NCBI RefSeq assembly: GCF_030144855.1
Contig: NC_082727.1
Location: forward strand, 41,850,001 to 41,914,000
DNA: 64,000 nt
Direction: 5' to 3'
Source of the DNA: Hypanus sabinus
Taxonomy: Eukaryota
The translations under genes and the position numbers were made by a program. The notes beneath the pieces were generated by a model. It saw only the letters and a program-made list of their open reading frames with translations. It had not been told where the DNA came from and did not search any database. This document shows, in pieces, positions 49,430 through 63,382 of the stretch (its first letter is position 1; each line of letters begins with the position of its first letter).

Positions 49430-51100
49430 AGGCTTGAGTGAGAGAAGATGAAAAGCTGTAAATAGAATTCCTTTTCAGTTTGTTTATTATTTCCTTCTTT
49501 ATAATTGCACAGTTAGAGCAGTAGGGATACCAGGCAGGATAATTGAATGATCCTTTTGTGAGATGCAGGAAGACATGGCGACCTCCAGTGTCCTAGACGA
49601 CTTTGTTTGCAAGAAGTACATCCAGCTGCATCTTCTCACACACCGCGTTAAGTAGTTGGAGCAGGAACTGGATGAACAGTTCATTCAGGAGGCTGAAGGG
49701 GTGATAGATAGGACACATAGAAGGGAAGTTACACCCAAGGTGCAGGACACAATAAACTTGGTGACAGTCAGGAGCGTGAATGGGGTGAAACAGCCAGTGC
49801 TGAGTACCCCTGTGGTTTTGTAACTTCAAAACATGAAACTAATTCAAAGGAAGACGCACTGGATACTGTTGGGTGGGGGGTGGGGGGAGATATCCTAGCA
49901 GTAGGAAAAAAGTAGGAAGATCACAGCTTAGACAGATCTAAGTCCGACTCTGTGGACACTGAAGGAAAGCGAGCAGAAAGGATAAGCTGTGGTGACAGGG
50001 GATTCATTAGTTAAGGAACAGAAAGGAGGTTCTGTGGATGATAGGGAGATTTGCAAATGGTATGTTGCCTCCCAGATGCCAGGGCCTGGGACATTGGATT
50101 GAGTCCTCAGCATTAAGTGGGAGGGAGAGTAGCCAGAGGTCTTTACTTTATTGTCACCAAACAATTGATACTAGAGCATACAATCATCCTGGCGATATTT
50201 GATTCTGCACTTGGGAAAGTAAGGTAGTGCAAGTCAGGTCCAGATATTTGGAAGGTACGGCCCAGATCCGGGTCAAGATCCGTTCAGCAGTCTTATCACA
50301 GTTGGAAAGAAGCTGTTCCCAAATCTGGTCGTACGAGTCTTCATGCTCCTGAACCTACTTCTGGAGGGAAGAGGAACAAAAAGAGTGTTGGCTGGGTGGG
50401 TCGTGTCCTTGATTATTCTGGCAGCACTGCTCCAACAGCGTGGGGTGTAAAGTGAGTCCTAGGATGGAAGATTGGTTTATGTGATGTGCTGGGCTATGTT
50501 CACGATCTTCTGCAGCTTCGTCCAGTCTTGGACAGGACAACTTCCATACCAGGTTGTGGTACACCCTAGAAGAATGCTATCTATGGTGCACCTATAAAAA
50601 TTAGTGAGGCTTTTAGGGAACAGGTCGTGGTCTACGTTGGTATCAATGATATAGGGAGGAAGAGTAACGTGGTTCTGCAAAGTGAGTTCAAGGAGTTAGG
50701 TGCTAAATTAAAGGACAGCACCTCCAGGATTGTGATCTCAATATTGCTACCTGTCCCATGCGCTAGCGAGGTCAGAATTAGGAAGATCATATAGCTTAAC
50801 ATGCAATTATGGAGTTGGTATAGGAGGGATGGCTTTAGATTCTTGGATCATTGGGCTCTCTTCCAGTGGGGACCTCTATTGAAGAGACATTTTGCACCTG
50901 AAATGGAGGGGGACTAATATCCTAGTAGATGGTTTGCTAGTGCTGTAAGCTACAGATGCAGAGGAATGGGAACCAGTGCTAGAACAGTTAGTGAAGTGAT
51001 TGTGAAGAAAGATGTTGTTAAGATCCGAGACAAAGTCAGGAATCAAAAGGTTGAGCATGGTGGGACTAATATCGCAGTTAGACCATAAAATATAAGAGCA
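49430..51100 (+). mobile_element. Degraded CR1 ORF1 region, interrupted by a Rex/Babar fragment (50142-50621, minus, AGGTC duplicated at the ends) and a short LTR piece (about 49811-49860)
   Basis: CKKYIQLHLL, VVTGDSLV and VCCLPDAR esterase-type segments; contiguity ccagaggtc|gtggtctacgttgg. Confidence 0.75.
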
Positions 51101-51410
51101 GATTTGGCCCATCGAGACTGCTGTGCAATTTCATCGTGTCTGATCCATTTCCCCCCCCCCCTCAGCCCCAAATCTCTTACCTTCTCCCTGATCCCTTCAT
51201 TGCCTGACCAATGAAGAACTTATCAACCTCTGCTTAAAGTACACACAAAGGATTGTCCTCCACAGCCACCTTTGGAGACAAATTCCACAAATCACCACTC
51301 TCTGGTGAAAGAAATACCCCCTCATCTCCATCTAAAAAGGATACCCCTCTATTCTGAGAATGTGCCCTCTGGTCCTAGGCTCTCCCACCATGGGAAACAT
51401 CCTAACCACA

Positions 51411-51636
51411 TGATGCACCATCAATAACTCTCGGAGACGCGAGTCGAGATAGGCTTTTATTAGCTGGAAGAAAGCACCGTCAGCAGCAAGAGACCATCAC
51501 ACAACATCCTGGAGACTGAGGGAGGAGCAGTGCCTCCAATCGCCTTTATACAGGGGTCTGTGGGAGGAGCCACAGGAGCAGTCAGCAGGGGGGGGGGGGG
51601 GGGGGGTGTCCAGACAAGTATATGTAGTTCACCACA
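51411..51636 (-). mobile_element. Solo LTR, same family as 43342-43557, inserted in a minus-strand CR1 fragment
   Basis: Reverse complement of the 43342 LTR; perfect 5-bp TSD CCACA. Confidence 0.88.
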
Positions 51637-52660
51637 CCACATCTACTCTATCGAGGCCTTTCAACATTTGATAGATTTCAATTGGGTTAGCCCTCATTCT
51701 TCTGAATTCCAGTGAAAACAGGCCTAGAGCCATTAAATGCTCTTCATATGACAAGCTGTTCAATCCTGGAAGTATTTTCATGAACCTCCTTCAAAATCTC
51801 TCCAGTGTCAGCACATCCTTTCTTTAATAAGTGGCACAAAACTGCTCACAATACACCAATCCTCACCGGTCCTTTATAAAACCTCAACATTATACCCTTG
51901 CTTTTATATTCTATGCCTCTTGAATGCTAACATTACATTTGCCTTCCTCACTACTGACTCAACTTGAACACTGGCCAGATCATTTCTGATACCATCAAAA
52001 TTGGCCTTTCTCCAATTTAGGATCTCAACCTGCAGACCAGACCTATCCTTTAATATATGTACTTTGAAACTGATGAAATTATCATCACGAGATGCAAAGC
52101 ATTCCCTACACAAACATCTGTCACATGCCCGGTCTCATTCCCTAAGAGCTGATCAAGTTTTGCACACTATCATTGGGACTTCTATGTATTGATTAAGGAA
52201 ACAATACAGTCAAAGGCAAAAGCAAAGAAGTAATGTGGGAGAAGTTTAGGGACCACTTGAGCTGGGTTCAGGATAGATTTGTCCCACTGAGGCAAGGAAA
52301 AAAATTGTAGGAAAAGGGAATCATGGCTGAGGAAACAAGTGAGCCTCGTGGACAGGCACACGAATGAAAGAAAAATAGAGGATTATGGGGTAGTGTGGGT
52401 TTAGTACTTTTTCTTTGAAAAAAGGATTAAATGGGCCAGCACAACATGGAGGGCTGAAGGACCTGTACTGTGCTGTAATGTTCTATGGTTCTATGGAAAC
52501 TTTCCTGAACATGTTTGAAAACCTCTATATCATCTCATCCTTTTACAGTATGGGAGTCCCAGTCAATACATGGAAAATTAATATCACTTGTTATAACAAC
52601 CTTATGTTTCTTGCAACAGTCTGTGACCTCTGTACAGATTTGATCCTCTTAATATTGTGG

Positions 52661-53180
52661 TGTCAGGGCACTGAAGCAGAGGCCCAATCACAGACCAAGT
52701 ACTATGTGCACTGTGACATTTACTGAGTAGCAAATCAAGAGGGACAACAAAGTCAATGTCAAAGTTCAGGCATATATCAAAAATTCCAGAGAAATCCAAA
52801 AACCAGAATCAGGAACCAGGCAGAGTCAATATTCAGACAGATAGAGTTCAGATACAACTGTTTAAAAAGGCTTAGGAAATACTTACCAGTACAGTCTGGC
52901 AAAAGATAGGTGAAAGCACAGGACTGAAATACACTGAGCAATAAATGGAGAGGCAGGTGATAAGTGGAGCACAATGAGACAGAAGTGGCAGCAAAACAGG
53001 TAATAATGAGAAACAGGTGAGAGGCAGAGTACTCAGTAATACAGGGGCCGGAGTAGAGCAGGAGAGGGGACAGGAGCACATGGGACGTGAAAACAAACGA
53101 GCACATGGCAATACAAACCACAGACTGATGGCTAGGGGGAAAACACACAAAAAGACAAAGTTCAACTGGAGGTACTGACA
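52661..53180 (-). mobile_element. Solo LTR (520 bp) of a different family
   Basis: Inverted termini TGTCAG...CTGACA and perfect 5-bp TSD TGTGG; strand is tentative. Confidence 0.8.
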
Positions 53181-53199
53181 TGTGGACGGTTAGGTGGTT

Positions 53200-54510
53200 T
53201 ACAATATAGCCCCATTAACATGATCAGCCCTTTCTTATTCCTCATTTACACGCATAAAGCCTCACTAGATGAGTTCTTCAGTCTGTCCTTGAGCGCTGTC
53301 CATGACATTTTCCTTAAATGGTAATGTTACCCCACCCCCCCCTTTAATCCCTCCCACTCTGTCTCATCTAAGACAGCAGAACCCTGGAATTCTGAGCTGC
53401 CAGTCCTGTCCCTCCTGCAACCAAGTCTCACTAATTGCTACAGTATAATTAATCCAGGTGCTGATCCATACCCTGACCTCAGCTGCCATTCCTGCAATAC
53501 TTCTTGCATTGAAATATGCACAGCTCAGAACATCAGTCGCACTATACTCAACCTTTTGATTCCTGACTTTGTCTGAGCTCTGAACAACATCTGTCTCCAC
53601 AACCCTTCCATCATCTGCTCTGTCACTCTGATTCCCATGCTCCTGCAACTCTAAATCACCCTGTGCAGCACTAGTAAACCTTCCGGCTGTGATATTAGTC
53701 TCGCTCCAGTTCAGGTGCAGACTGTCTCTTTTGTACAGGTCCCACCTTCCCTGGAAGAGAGCTCAGTGATCCAAAAATCTAATGTGGTCTCTCCTACACC
53801 AACTCCTTAGCCATGTGTTAAACTGTATGATCTTCCTATTTCTGGTCTCACTTGCATGTGGCACAGGAGCAACCCCATCCTTTCACTTAGCACTCTGCTC
53901 CTGGAGCTCACTTTGCAGAATCTTTTCAATCTTCCTACCTCTGTCATTGGTACCTACATGGACCACGACATCTGACTGCTCATTCTAAGAATGCTGGGGA
54001 CTCGATCCAAGATGTCCCGGACCCTGGCACCTGGGAGGCAACATACCATCCAAGAACCTCGTTCTTGTCCACGGAGCCCCTTTTCTGTTTCTGTAATTAA
54101 TGAATTCCCTATCACTACAGGTCACCTTTTCTCCTCCATTCCATCCTGAGTCACAGAGTTAGACTCAGTGCCAGAGGTCCGACCACAGTGACTTTCCTCT
54201 GCTCGGTTACCATCCCCAAAGGTATCTGAGGGGATGCCACTGGGGTATGATGCACTGGCTGTTCCCCTCATTTCCCTTTGCTGACAGTCTTCTGCGTCCT
54301 GCACGTTGGGTGTAATTAACTCCCTGTATGTCCTATCTATCATTCCCTCAGCCTCCCAAATTGTCTGGAGTTCTTCCAGTACTAGCTCTATTTCTTTAAT
54401 GCAGAGTGTAAGAAGCTGCAACTGGATGCACTTCTTGCAGTTGAAGTTGTCCTGCCTTCCTACAACCCGCAAGAGGAACATCTCCCTGACCATCTCTGCT
54501 GCTCTAACGC
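53200..54510 (-). mobile_element. Degraded CR1 fragment (ORF1 and start of ORF2)
   Basis: FNCKKCIQLQLL (ORF 54122-54493); CAYFNARSI...VAISETWL (ORF 53364-53648). Confidence 0.8.
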
Positions 54511-55244
54511 TGCAAATATAAAGAAGGAAAAAAAATCAACCTAGAGCTTTTTTGTCTTCTCTCACTCAAGCCTTTCCTTGCTGAAGCCTCAAATAACCAC
54601 TTTGACCCTGTCCACTCCAACATCAGCTGCTCTGTTTGCCCTTGCCTTATTCTTTTTGCTTGTGCCAATCTCTTAGATCGCTGATTGGCCGTGGTTCAAA
54701 CATCAGACTGCCATGAATCAATGCCTTATGTACTCAATTGGAAGGTTCACTTCCTCGCAATTCTGATTGCTGACTTGGCTGTTGTTCTTTTCATTCCTTT
54801 CATGACCAGCCCAAATTCCATGCATGCCAAAAGCTAATGGGCACCACTCCACATCACTGGAGTGTGAAACAGTCAGGACTGGAATCTGGAGCAGTACACA
54901 AGGAGCTGGAGGAACTCAGAAGATCATGCAGCGTTCATGGAAGAAAATGGACATTCAACATTTTGGGTTGAAACTGTTCATCTGCATCCTGAGTATGGGT
55001 CTGGAATTGATAAGTTGAATGTCTATTTCCTTCCACAGATGCTGTTTGACCTGGTGAGTTCTTCAAGAATCTTGAGTGTCCTTCCTGTTTCCACGACCTT
55101 CAATGTCCTGGGCCTCCAAAGTTGGAAGCACAGCAACCCAAGCTCACATTTAGAGTGTACAATTTTTTGATGAAACCACGCATGCAGCAATCATTGTTGT
55201 ATTTGATACACAATATAGACATGCATCCATTGCATGTGCGATAA

Positions 55245-55500
55245 CATAATGGTTGGCACAATGCTTTACAGTACTAGTGACCATAGGTTCAATTCCTGCT
55301 GCTGTCTGTAAGGACTTTGTATGTTCTCCCCATAACCATGTGGGTTTCCTCCAGGTGTTCCAGTTTCTTCCCACGGTCCAAAGACATATGGGTTGGTAGG
55401 TTAAATGATCATTGCAAATTGTCCCGTGGTTAGGCTAGGGTTGCTGGGTGAACCAGCTTAAAGGAGTGGAAGGGCCTATTCAGCACTGTATCCCAAAGAT
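55245..55500 (+). mobile_element. HE1/V-type SINE
   Basis: B box ggttcaattcc plus V-core (gtatgttctccccataaccatgtgggtttcctcc). Confidence 0.75.
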
Positions 55501-57309
55501 AAAACTCTGTCATTTCTTGGCTATTTGCATCATCACACTCATGATCAAAATGGACTCCACTGATTCCCCAATGCAAACATGTATAGTGAGGGGTTTTTGA
55601 GAGATAGAATCTTCCTGCATTTCAAAAGACAAGGTCTAATTAGGGAGGGTCACCTCAGGAACTCAACAAATTGTCCACTGAGGTGTGAATATAGGAGTTG
55701 GTGTGTGGTCTAAACCAGCTCTGTGTCAGTTAATGTTATCCTCTGTGGAATTGTCATTGTTCTGTGCAATGTGAATCAATCCTGTGGTATGTCTGGAGGC
55801 ACTACAGGAGATCTAAGACTAAATGAAAGCTGACAAGGTAAGAATATTTGAACTTATTATTATGTGCTTGATTATATTTCACTCAGTATTGACTTCAAGT
55901 CAACATGAATAAGTATTCTATGGTATGTGGCAGAATGCAATTTTAATTCTGTCTCCGGGTAGCGTAAAGCTTTCAACTCTTAATCAGGCTAAGAATAGGT
56001 GGAATCTTGGTTGCACACATAGTCTTTCAATCAAAGATATTCTTAGAAATGGCACATGGAACAGAAGCTGCAACTATGTTTTTTAAAATGCATGATTGCT
56101 AATAACTACCACAATATCTGAAGTCAGGTTGAGGTGATTTTCAATGTGGTCATCAAGAGATAGTAGATGCTGAAGGAACTTAGCTGGTTAAGCAGCATTT
56201 GTTAGGGGGGTGGAGGTGGGAAGAGGTATTGTTGATGCTTTGAGACTTGAACCTGTACTGGACTAAGTGTTTTATTTTCTTGTTGATCTAGTAAGGTGTA
56301 GAGGTTACTTCATGAAATAAAGCAGGTAACAACCCTTGGATAAGATGCTTTTTTTCAATGTAGACCATTAAGTGTGTTTTTCTCTGCCTTCCCCCATTCT
56401 CTTTGCTCTAACTTCTCTAGCCCAATTATCTTGTATTAATGAGGATAACCTGAACAGTTATATCCATGAAATTATTTATGTATAACTTGTCCTCACCTTA
56501 CATGCTTTTGTAAGCATGAGATATGGTGGCCTGTAGCTGCTTTGATAGTAGAACTCTTCCATGCTCAGAATCAGTGTGCCAGTTCTCAGTACAATGGAAA
56601 TCCTGTTTACTGATACATGAGCCTTGAGATCTTCAGGTGGTTGGGACCTGAAAGCCAATATCTGAAATGTCTGATAGCATACGCTGTTGCCCATCAGTGT
56701 GCTGAAACAAATGGCATCCCATCGTCGAAACCTATCATGTACCATATCAGGACATTGTTCTCTAGATTGGACTCTAAAATGTACATTGGCCAATCCCCGA
56801 GATGGTGCTTACTTGGTAGTTCATTTTCAAGAAACTGGCCTCCTATTACTAACACGATAGCATTGCTCCCATTTTCAACACCGAGGATGCTGGAAAATCT
56901 GTAAGTCTATGAGAATATAATTCTTCTTTCCACTGTTCAATGAGAGCAAACGAGTAGCTGAGGAGTGATATTAATCCATACACTCATCTTTGGCCCATTT
57001 CCTTTACTGTCTTCTCCCTCTTTCAGAGAAATACACTTGGTATTATGTAATCTCTTTACTAAGATTTCATCAGTTCCCAACATGTTAATTTGTTTTACAC
57101 ACAAAAACTCTCTGCCACTGACAAGATGAAGAATGGAACCTAACTAAGTAAATAGTGATATGGGAAGCACAGAAGGTTAGTTCTCAAGCTTAGAAGATAA
57201 GACATTTCTATGGAGAGAATAAAATATGGAAACAATTTGGAACACTGTAGGCAAAATGTCCAAGAAATACAGTGTTGTGCAAATGTCTTGGGCAACATAG
57301 CAAGAGATA

Positions 57310-60300
57310 AACTTGTGCACTACATATTTACTTTAAGCAAGGTATGCATGTATCATACGGAGGTGTGATAATGTATGCCAATTATGTACTTTCACAGATA
57401 ACTCACAATGCATTATGTAAACATCAAAAAATGCTCAATCAAACAACATATTTACAATATTACTCAATATTACTGATATATTAAATACACAATCCTCCTC
57501 CCTGCTTAGCTATAAGTCCAACTCAACATAGATGCATCTCAACTTTTATATATACACTATATATACAGCAGACTGTATAATCCAAGTACTATATAGACAT
57601 CCACAGCATTGTAAATTTTAAGATGTCCCATTCAGGACTAAATATTTAATTGCTGTGGAGGCTTTCTTATTCTTGTGGGATAACATCTTCCCTGACAAGG
57701 GCTTCACTCCGCTTGGTAGGTGAAACTCATGGCTGTGAAACAATTTCAGATTTTGCAGCATCTGTTGGTTGTAGGAGTTGACTCTGGGACTATAGGCAGT
57801 GGTTGTGACAGCAGTAGCCATCTTTCTTCTCTAACAATTGACTGTGCTTTCGTCAACTGATTGGTACGTTGTCTCCAAATGATACAGACGCAGTTCTGTC
57901 CTTAATCTTTATGAGTACCCATGTTTGATCACCTGTGTAGTCCCTCCCCAGGACTGCTTGCCCAGGAGTGAAAAAATCAAACCTCCTTGTTTGAGGAGCT
58001 TTCAATTTGTCTAAGCTGTTTCTCCTGTATATTCCTTCTGAGTTTGTGTTTGAGGAGATCCAAGCATGAATGCAAGGGATGCCTGGGAACAGCATAGCTG
58101 GTGAGGTGTTGGTTGTGCAGAGTGCTGCATTGTAATTTACCAGGAGGAATTTGGTGAGTTTCTGATTCAGAGTCAGTGTAACGTGCTCTGCTGACATTGC
58201 TTTACACTCTGGACATCCTTTCCACCGAGCTGTTTGTAGCTGGACGGTACGGTGCAAATGTAATATGTCTTATTCCATTCATTTTGAGAAATGACTGAAA
58301 CTGTGCTGCAACAAACTGTGGTCCATTGTCACTTATTATGGGTTCCTGAACACCAGTCCTTGAGAAGACGATTCTCCACACATCAGTAGCATGCGAGGCT
58401 GTCGTGGAGGCTATTGGGAACTCTTCTGGCCACTTTTAGTTGGATCCACTACTAAAGAGTTTGTGCCCATGAATGGTCCAGCAAATCTACATAAATCCTC
58501 TGCCAGGGCGATGCAGGTCATTCCCAGAGATGGAGAGGTGCTGCTCTTGGTATCTTTTGGATGTGTTGGCGTCTTGAACACTGCATGGCAAGCTGCTTGA
58601 TCTGCTGATCTATCCCAGGCCACCAGACAAAGCTTTCATTTTAACCATGTCTAGATGACTGACGTGTGGCTCCTCCAACACCTTAGCTTGGATGGTACAA
58701 CGCCTCTCTGTCCCCACATTGGCAATTTCCATCACGGGCAAGTTCATCCTTGTGCTGGTAAAAACAGGAAAACAGGAGTTTCTGCTGTACATTACAGCTA
58801 TTTTGAATGGCCATGTGTACCTGAGACAGTGTGGGTATTTTTTCTGGTTTCCCTTTGGATCATCACTGCCATAATAGTGTGACTTCCAATTTGCATTGGG
58901 GAGAATACATCAAGAAGAGTGTCCTCTTTAGTAAGTTTTTTGGGTATTTCCTTTCCCAAAGGTAAATAGGACAATCTATCCACATTTCCATAATTAGTCA
59001 TCCTCGAATTCAACCTTGTAATTGTGACCTCTGCAAAATAGATCCCTTCTCTATATTTGAGCTGCTGTCGTTAGTGGAACATTCTTTTGTGGATTGAAAA
59101 TGGACACTAGTGGTTGATGATCAGTAATGAGGGAAAACTCTCTCCTTTACAAGAACGGATTAAAATGTTTTACACCCCAAACCAGACTCAAGGCCTTTCT
59201 ATCAATCTGTGCATAATTTTTCTCTGCAGTGATAAGGGAATGTGATGCAAAGGCTATGGGGTGTTCACTTCCACCACTCATAACATGTGAGATGAGTGTA
59301 CCTATACCTCGATGTGAGGCATCTCAGGCAAACTTCACTGGATGATGTGGATCATAATATGTGAATATGGTATCTGATGTCTTTCCTTCGCCTTACAGTA
59401 ATGAATTCAAGGGGTGGAGCACAGTAGCCAGGTTTGGTAGTCATTGATGAATCCTAAAAAGGGCCACAGCTGGGACACAATCTTTGGCCTTGGGGGATCC
59501 ACCACAACTTTAATTTTCTCAGCACACTTGTATAATCCTTGTGCGTTGATGGTGTGACCACAGTAAGCGATGCTTAGTTTAAAGAATTCACATTTGTTGC
59601 GTCATGCTCTAAGCCTATCATCTTCTAATATCTTCAGTGCTGCCTTAAGATTTTGGAGAAATTCCTTATTATCCACAACAGTATCAATGGTGTCATCCAG
59701 GTAACACTGAGTGCCCAGGCAGCCTTGCAGCTCCTAGTCCATACCTTTCTACCGAGGTGCAGGTGCTATTCCAAAAAAAAAAGCCTTTTATAGCAGTACG
59801 GCCCTTGGTAAGTGTTTATGGTGAGAAACACTTTGGACTCTTCTTCCATCTCCACCTGTAGGTAGGCCTCAACCAAGTCCATTTTGCTGAAGTGTTTCTA
59901 GAAATGTTTGCAAAGATATTCTGTATCCTGGGTTGATGGTGGCCTTAAAATAACCACAGATCCTGATTGACCAAATCTTCTTGGCTCCTGGGAACACTGG
60001 CATTGCCCATGGCCTCCACTCCCCTGGAAAGAGTTCCTTCAGCCTCATGTGATCTAGCTGACTGGTTACCTTATCAAGGATGGTTTCAGGAACCAGACAG
60101 GCTTTGTAAAACTTGTGTGTGGCATCTTCATATAACACTATCTTACCTTTGATATGTTGGAGTTTTCCAATGGCATTCTTGAACACTGCTGTGGCATCAT
60201 CCAGTATCTTTCTTAACTTGCTTTCAGTTGGCTTTACTGCAGGGGATGTGGCATACAAAATTGCGGATGGATCTCTAATCAGTTGCGGTTGTCCCAGCCA

Positions 60301-63300
60301 ATCACACATCTGCAATGCTGGCCTCCTGGTTTTTACCACATACAAGCCCAATATGGTTTGTTGGTTGTTGTATTTCACTGTTACAAATATCATTAACACA
60401 GGAGTTATTTTTTGTCTCGTATAGTAAGCTCTTATTTGGACATCTGCATGCTTCAGTTTAGTATCTTTGAAACTCATGTCATTCAAACTCATGTTATAGA
60501 ATGTCTGAAACAGCTGAGCCAGTGGCCAAGCTTTACTGGACCATGTGGATCACAATGTGTGAGTCCAGTGTCTGATGTCACCATTGCCTTTGTCTTTTGG
60601 AAAGCCACCTCACATTGCTCTGCCCATTGCCATTTCTTCCCAATCCGTAGTAGTGAGTTCAAGGGGTGGAGCACAGTAAGCAGGCTTGGCAGGAACCTGT
60701 TACAGTTGTTGCATTTCACTGTTACAAGTGTCAATCCCACAGGAGTTATATTTTCTCCAGTGTAAGTTCTAATTGGATAACTGCAAGCTGCAGTTTAATA
60801 TCTTTGAAATGCCATTCAAATTCAGTTTGTGGAATGACTAAATCAGCTGAACCAGTGACCAAATCCATTTTATTTAATTTGCCATTCACTTCTGGTGTAT
60901 GCCATATTGCTTTTCTATTGTTAGTGTTCACTTTGTAAATCTTAAGGCTACTCAGTCCTGAGTCATTCTCATCATTATCAGATTTTTCATCAACAGTATG
61001 CAGATTAGTGCTCTTCTTGAAACAACAAATTAAATTTTAGCTTATCTTCTTCTCTGTGCAGTCCGTTTATTTCTGTCTGCCCAATATAGTCTTTGTATGT
61101 GTCCTACCTGTTGCATTTTCTACAAGTTTCAACTTTAAATCTGCATTGCTCTGGTGTATTGTATATGAGCTCCTGCCACAATAGTTATACAACTTGTTTG
61201 GCCAGGCGGGTTTCTGTTTAGATGTTGCAATTTTGATCATACTCACTTTCTTTTCTCACTGAAACTCAATAACGTCTCTGTTTGCAGTTTCCATCGATAC
61301 AGCAATTTCAACTGCTCTTCGAAATGTAGTTGCTCTTCTGTTAGGATCTGTATTTGAATGCTTTCTTGTAATGTTCCGCAAACTAAGTGATCTTCCAGTG
61401 CATCATTAAGATAATCCCTTCAATTCAGCCATATACGCTGAAATGGATGCCCCTTCCTTTCGATTCCACTTATGGAACGTAAAATACTCTGCAATCAACA
61501 ATGGTTTAAGTTTTAAATGTTCCTGCATTACTTTCACAATATCAGCAAAGCTCATATTGGTTGGTTTGGTTGGAGCAGTTAAACTCCTCAGCAAATTGTA
61601 TTCCTTTAAATCCAATGCAATCAGCAAAACCAGTACTTGCTTCTCATTGGCTATTCCATTTGCTTTAAAGTACAGCTCAATTCATTTTGTATATATATTC
61701 CAGTTATCTGTTGTATAATCAGATATGTCAATCTGATTGATGGAATTGATGAGGGTTGGGCAGTGGATGTGGTCTACATGGACTTTAGCAAAGCATTTGA
61801 CAAGGTCCCTCATGAGGGACTCATCCAGAAAATCATGAGGCATGGGATAAGTGGAACCTTGGCTGTTTGGATTAAAAATTGGCTTAAAGGAAGAAAGCAG
61901 AGGGTAGATGTGGAAGGAAAGTATTCTGCCTGGAGGTCAGGGACTATTGGAGTGCCACAGGGATCTGTCCTGGGACCCCTGCTATTTGTGATTTTTATAA
62001 ATGACCTGGATGTAGAGGCGGAAGGATGGGTGAGTAAGTTTGCGGATGACACGAAGATTGGAGAAATTGTGGATGGAGCTGTAGGTTGTTGAAGGTTACA
62101 AGAGGATATAGACAGGCTGCAGAGTTGGGCAGAAAAATGGCAGATGGAGTTCAATCCAGACAAGTGTGAGGTGATGCATTTTGGAAGGACAAACCAGAAG
62201 ACTGAGTACAGGATTAATGGTCAGTTACTTAAGAGTGTGGATGTACAAAGGGACCTTGGGGTTCAAATCCATACATCCCTCAAGGTCGCTGCACAGGTTG
62301 ATAGGGTAGTTAAGAAGGCCTATGGGATGCTAGGCTTCATTAACAGGGGGATTGAGTTCATGAGTAGAGAGGTCATGTTGCAACTCTACAAATCTCTGGT
62401 GAGACCGCACTTAGAGTATTGTGTTCAGTTCTGGTCACTTCATTATAGGAAAGATGTGGAAGCTATGGAGAGGGTGCAGAGGAGATTTACCAGGATGTTG
62501 CCTGGTTTGGAGAACAAGTCATATGAAGCAAGGTTAGCAGAGCTGGGACTTTTCTCTTTGGGGCATAGAAGAATGAGAGGGGACTTGAGAGAGGTCTACA
62601 AGATGATGAGAGGCATAGAAAGGGTGGATAGTCAGTACCTGTTTCCCAGGGCACCAATAGCAAACACCAAGAGGGCATATGTATATAATTAAGGGAGGGA
62701 AGTTTAGGGGAGACATCAGGGATACGTTTTTTTACACAGAGGGGTTATGAGTGCCTGGAATGACTTGCCAGGGATGGTGCTGGAGGCTAAAATATTAGGG
62801 GTATTTAAGAGCCTCTTGGACAGGCACATGGATGAAAGAAAAATGGAGGATTATGGGGTAATATGGGTTTAGTACTTTTTTTAAAGGATTATATGGGTCA
62901 GCACAACATGGAGGGCTGAAGGGCCTGTACTGTGCTGTAGTGTTCTGTGGTTCTAATCTTTCTGATGTTGTCAGCCATTTTTTCTCTTTTTTTATGATTA
63001 CACACTGTAGCTGTAACAGCTGGTACTCACTGTTTATGAACCTGGGAATTGTTCTGTTTTCTGCCTTTTTAAAAATGTAATTGTCTTTCCATTTGTGAAG
63101 AAAACATCCTCCGTGCTTCAACAGGCAGGTAGTCATCTCGGGTTCATTTAAAACCTTCTTGTCACCACTATTATTTTTTGTAACTCCCAAGCATAAAAAC
63201 TAATGGAAAATAACACAAGGGAACTGGGAATGTGAGTCTAACTTAGTTCTTTAAGTGAGGTGCACAATTATCATCTGGTGGCGTGATGATGTATGCCTTT

Positions 63301-63382
63301 TACAAAGCATTATGCAAACAACAAAAATGCTGAATTAAACAATATATTCATAACATTAGTCAGATAATACTGATATATAACA
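57310..63382 (-). mobile_element. Degraded, rearranged Gypsy LTR retrotransposon (5' LTR about 63169-63382, PBS 63150-63167, gag from 62978, PR, RT, RH, IN, PPT 57490-57507, 3' LTR about 57310-57489)
   Basis: TGGTGACAAG PBS; gag MADNIRK...YNLLRSLTAPTKP; RT IRICGYFKATIN; RH/IN segments; polypurine tract next to the 3' LTR. The 3' LTR outer boundary is uncertain. Confidence 0.85.
61721..62955 (+). mobile_element. Relatively young 5'-truncated CR1 inserted antisense into the Gypsy gag
   Basis: ORFs 61637-62092 and 62144-62692 give near-intact RT ([30 protein letters not shown]) with one premature stop and a late frameshift; ttctgtggttcta tail. Confidence 0.92.

Noticed and set aside
10341-54200. 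CACAGTG heptamers as possible RAG recombination signals near TdT
   Set aside because: No ACAAAAACC-like nonamer at 12/23 spacing at the instances examined; they lie within SINE, LTR or CR1 sequence.
56476-56904. Overlapping ORFs of 95-105 aa ending near a GTAAGT
   Set aside because: No recognisable homology; probably old repeat or intronic sequence.
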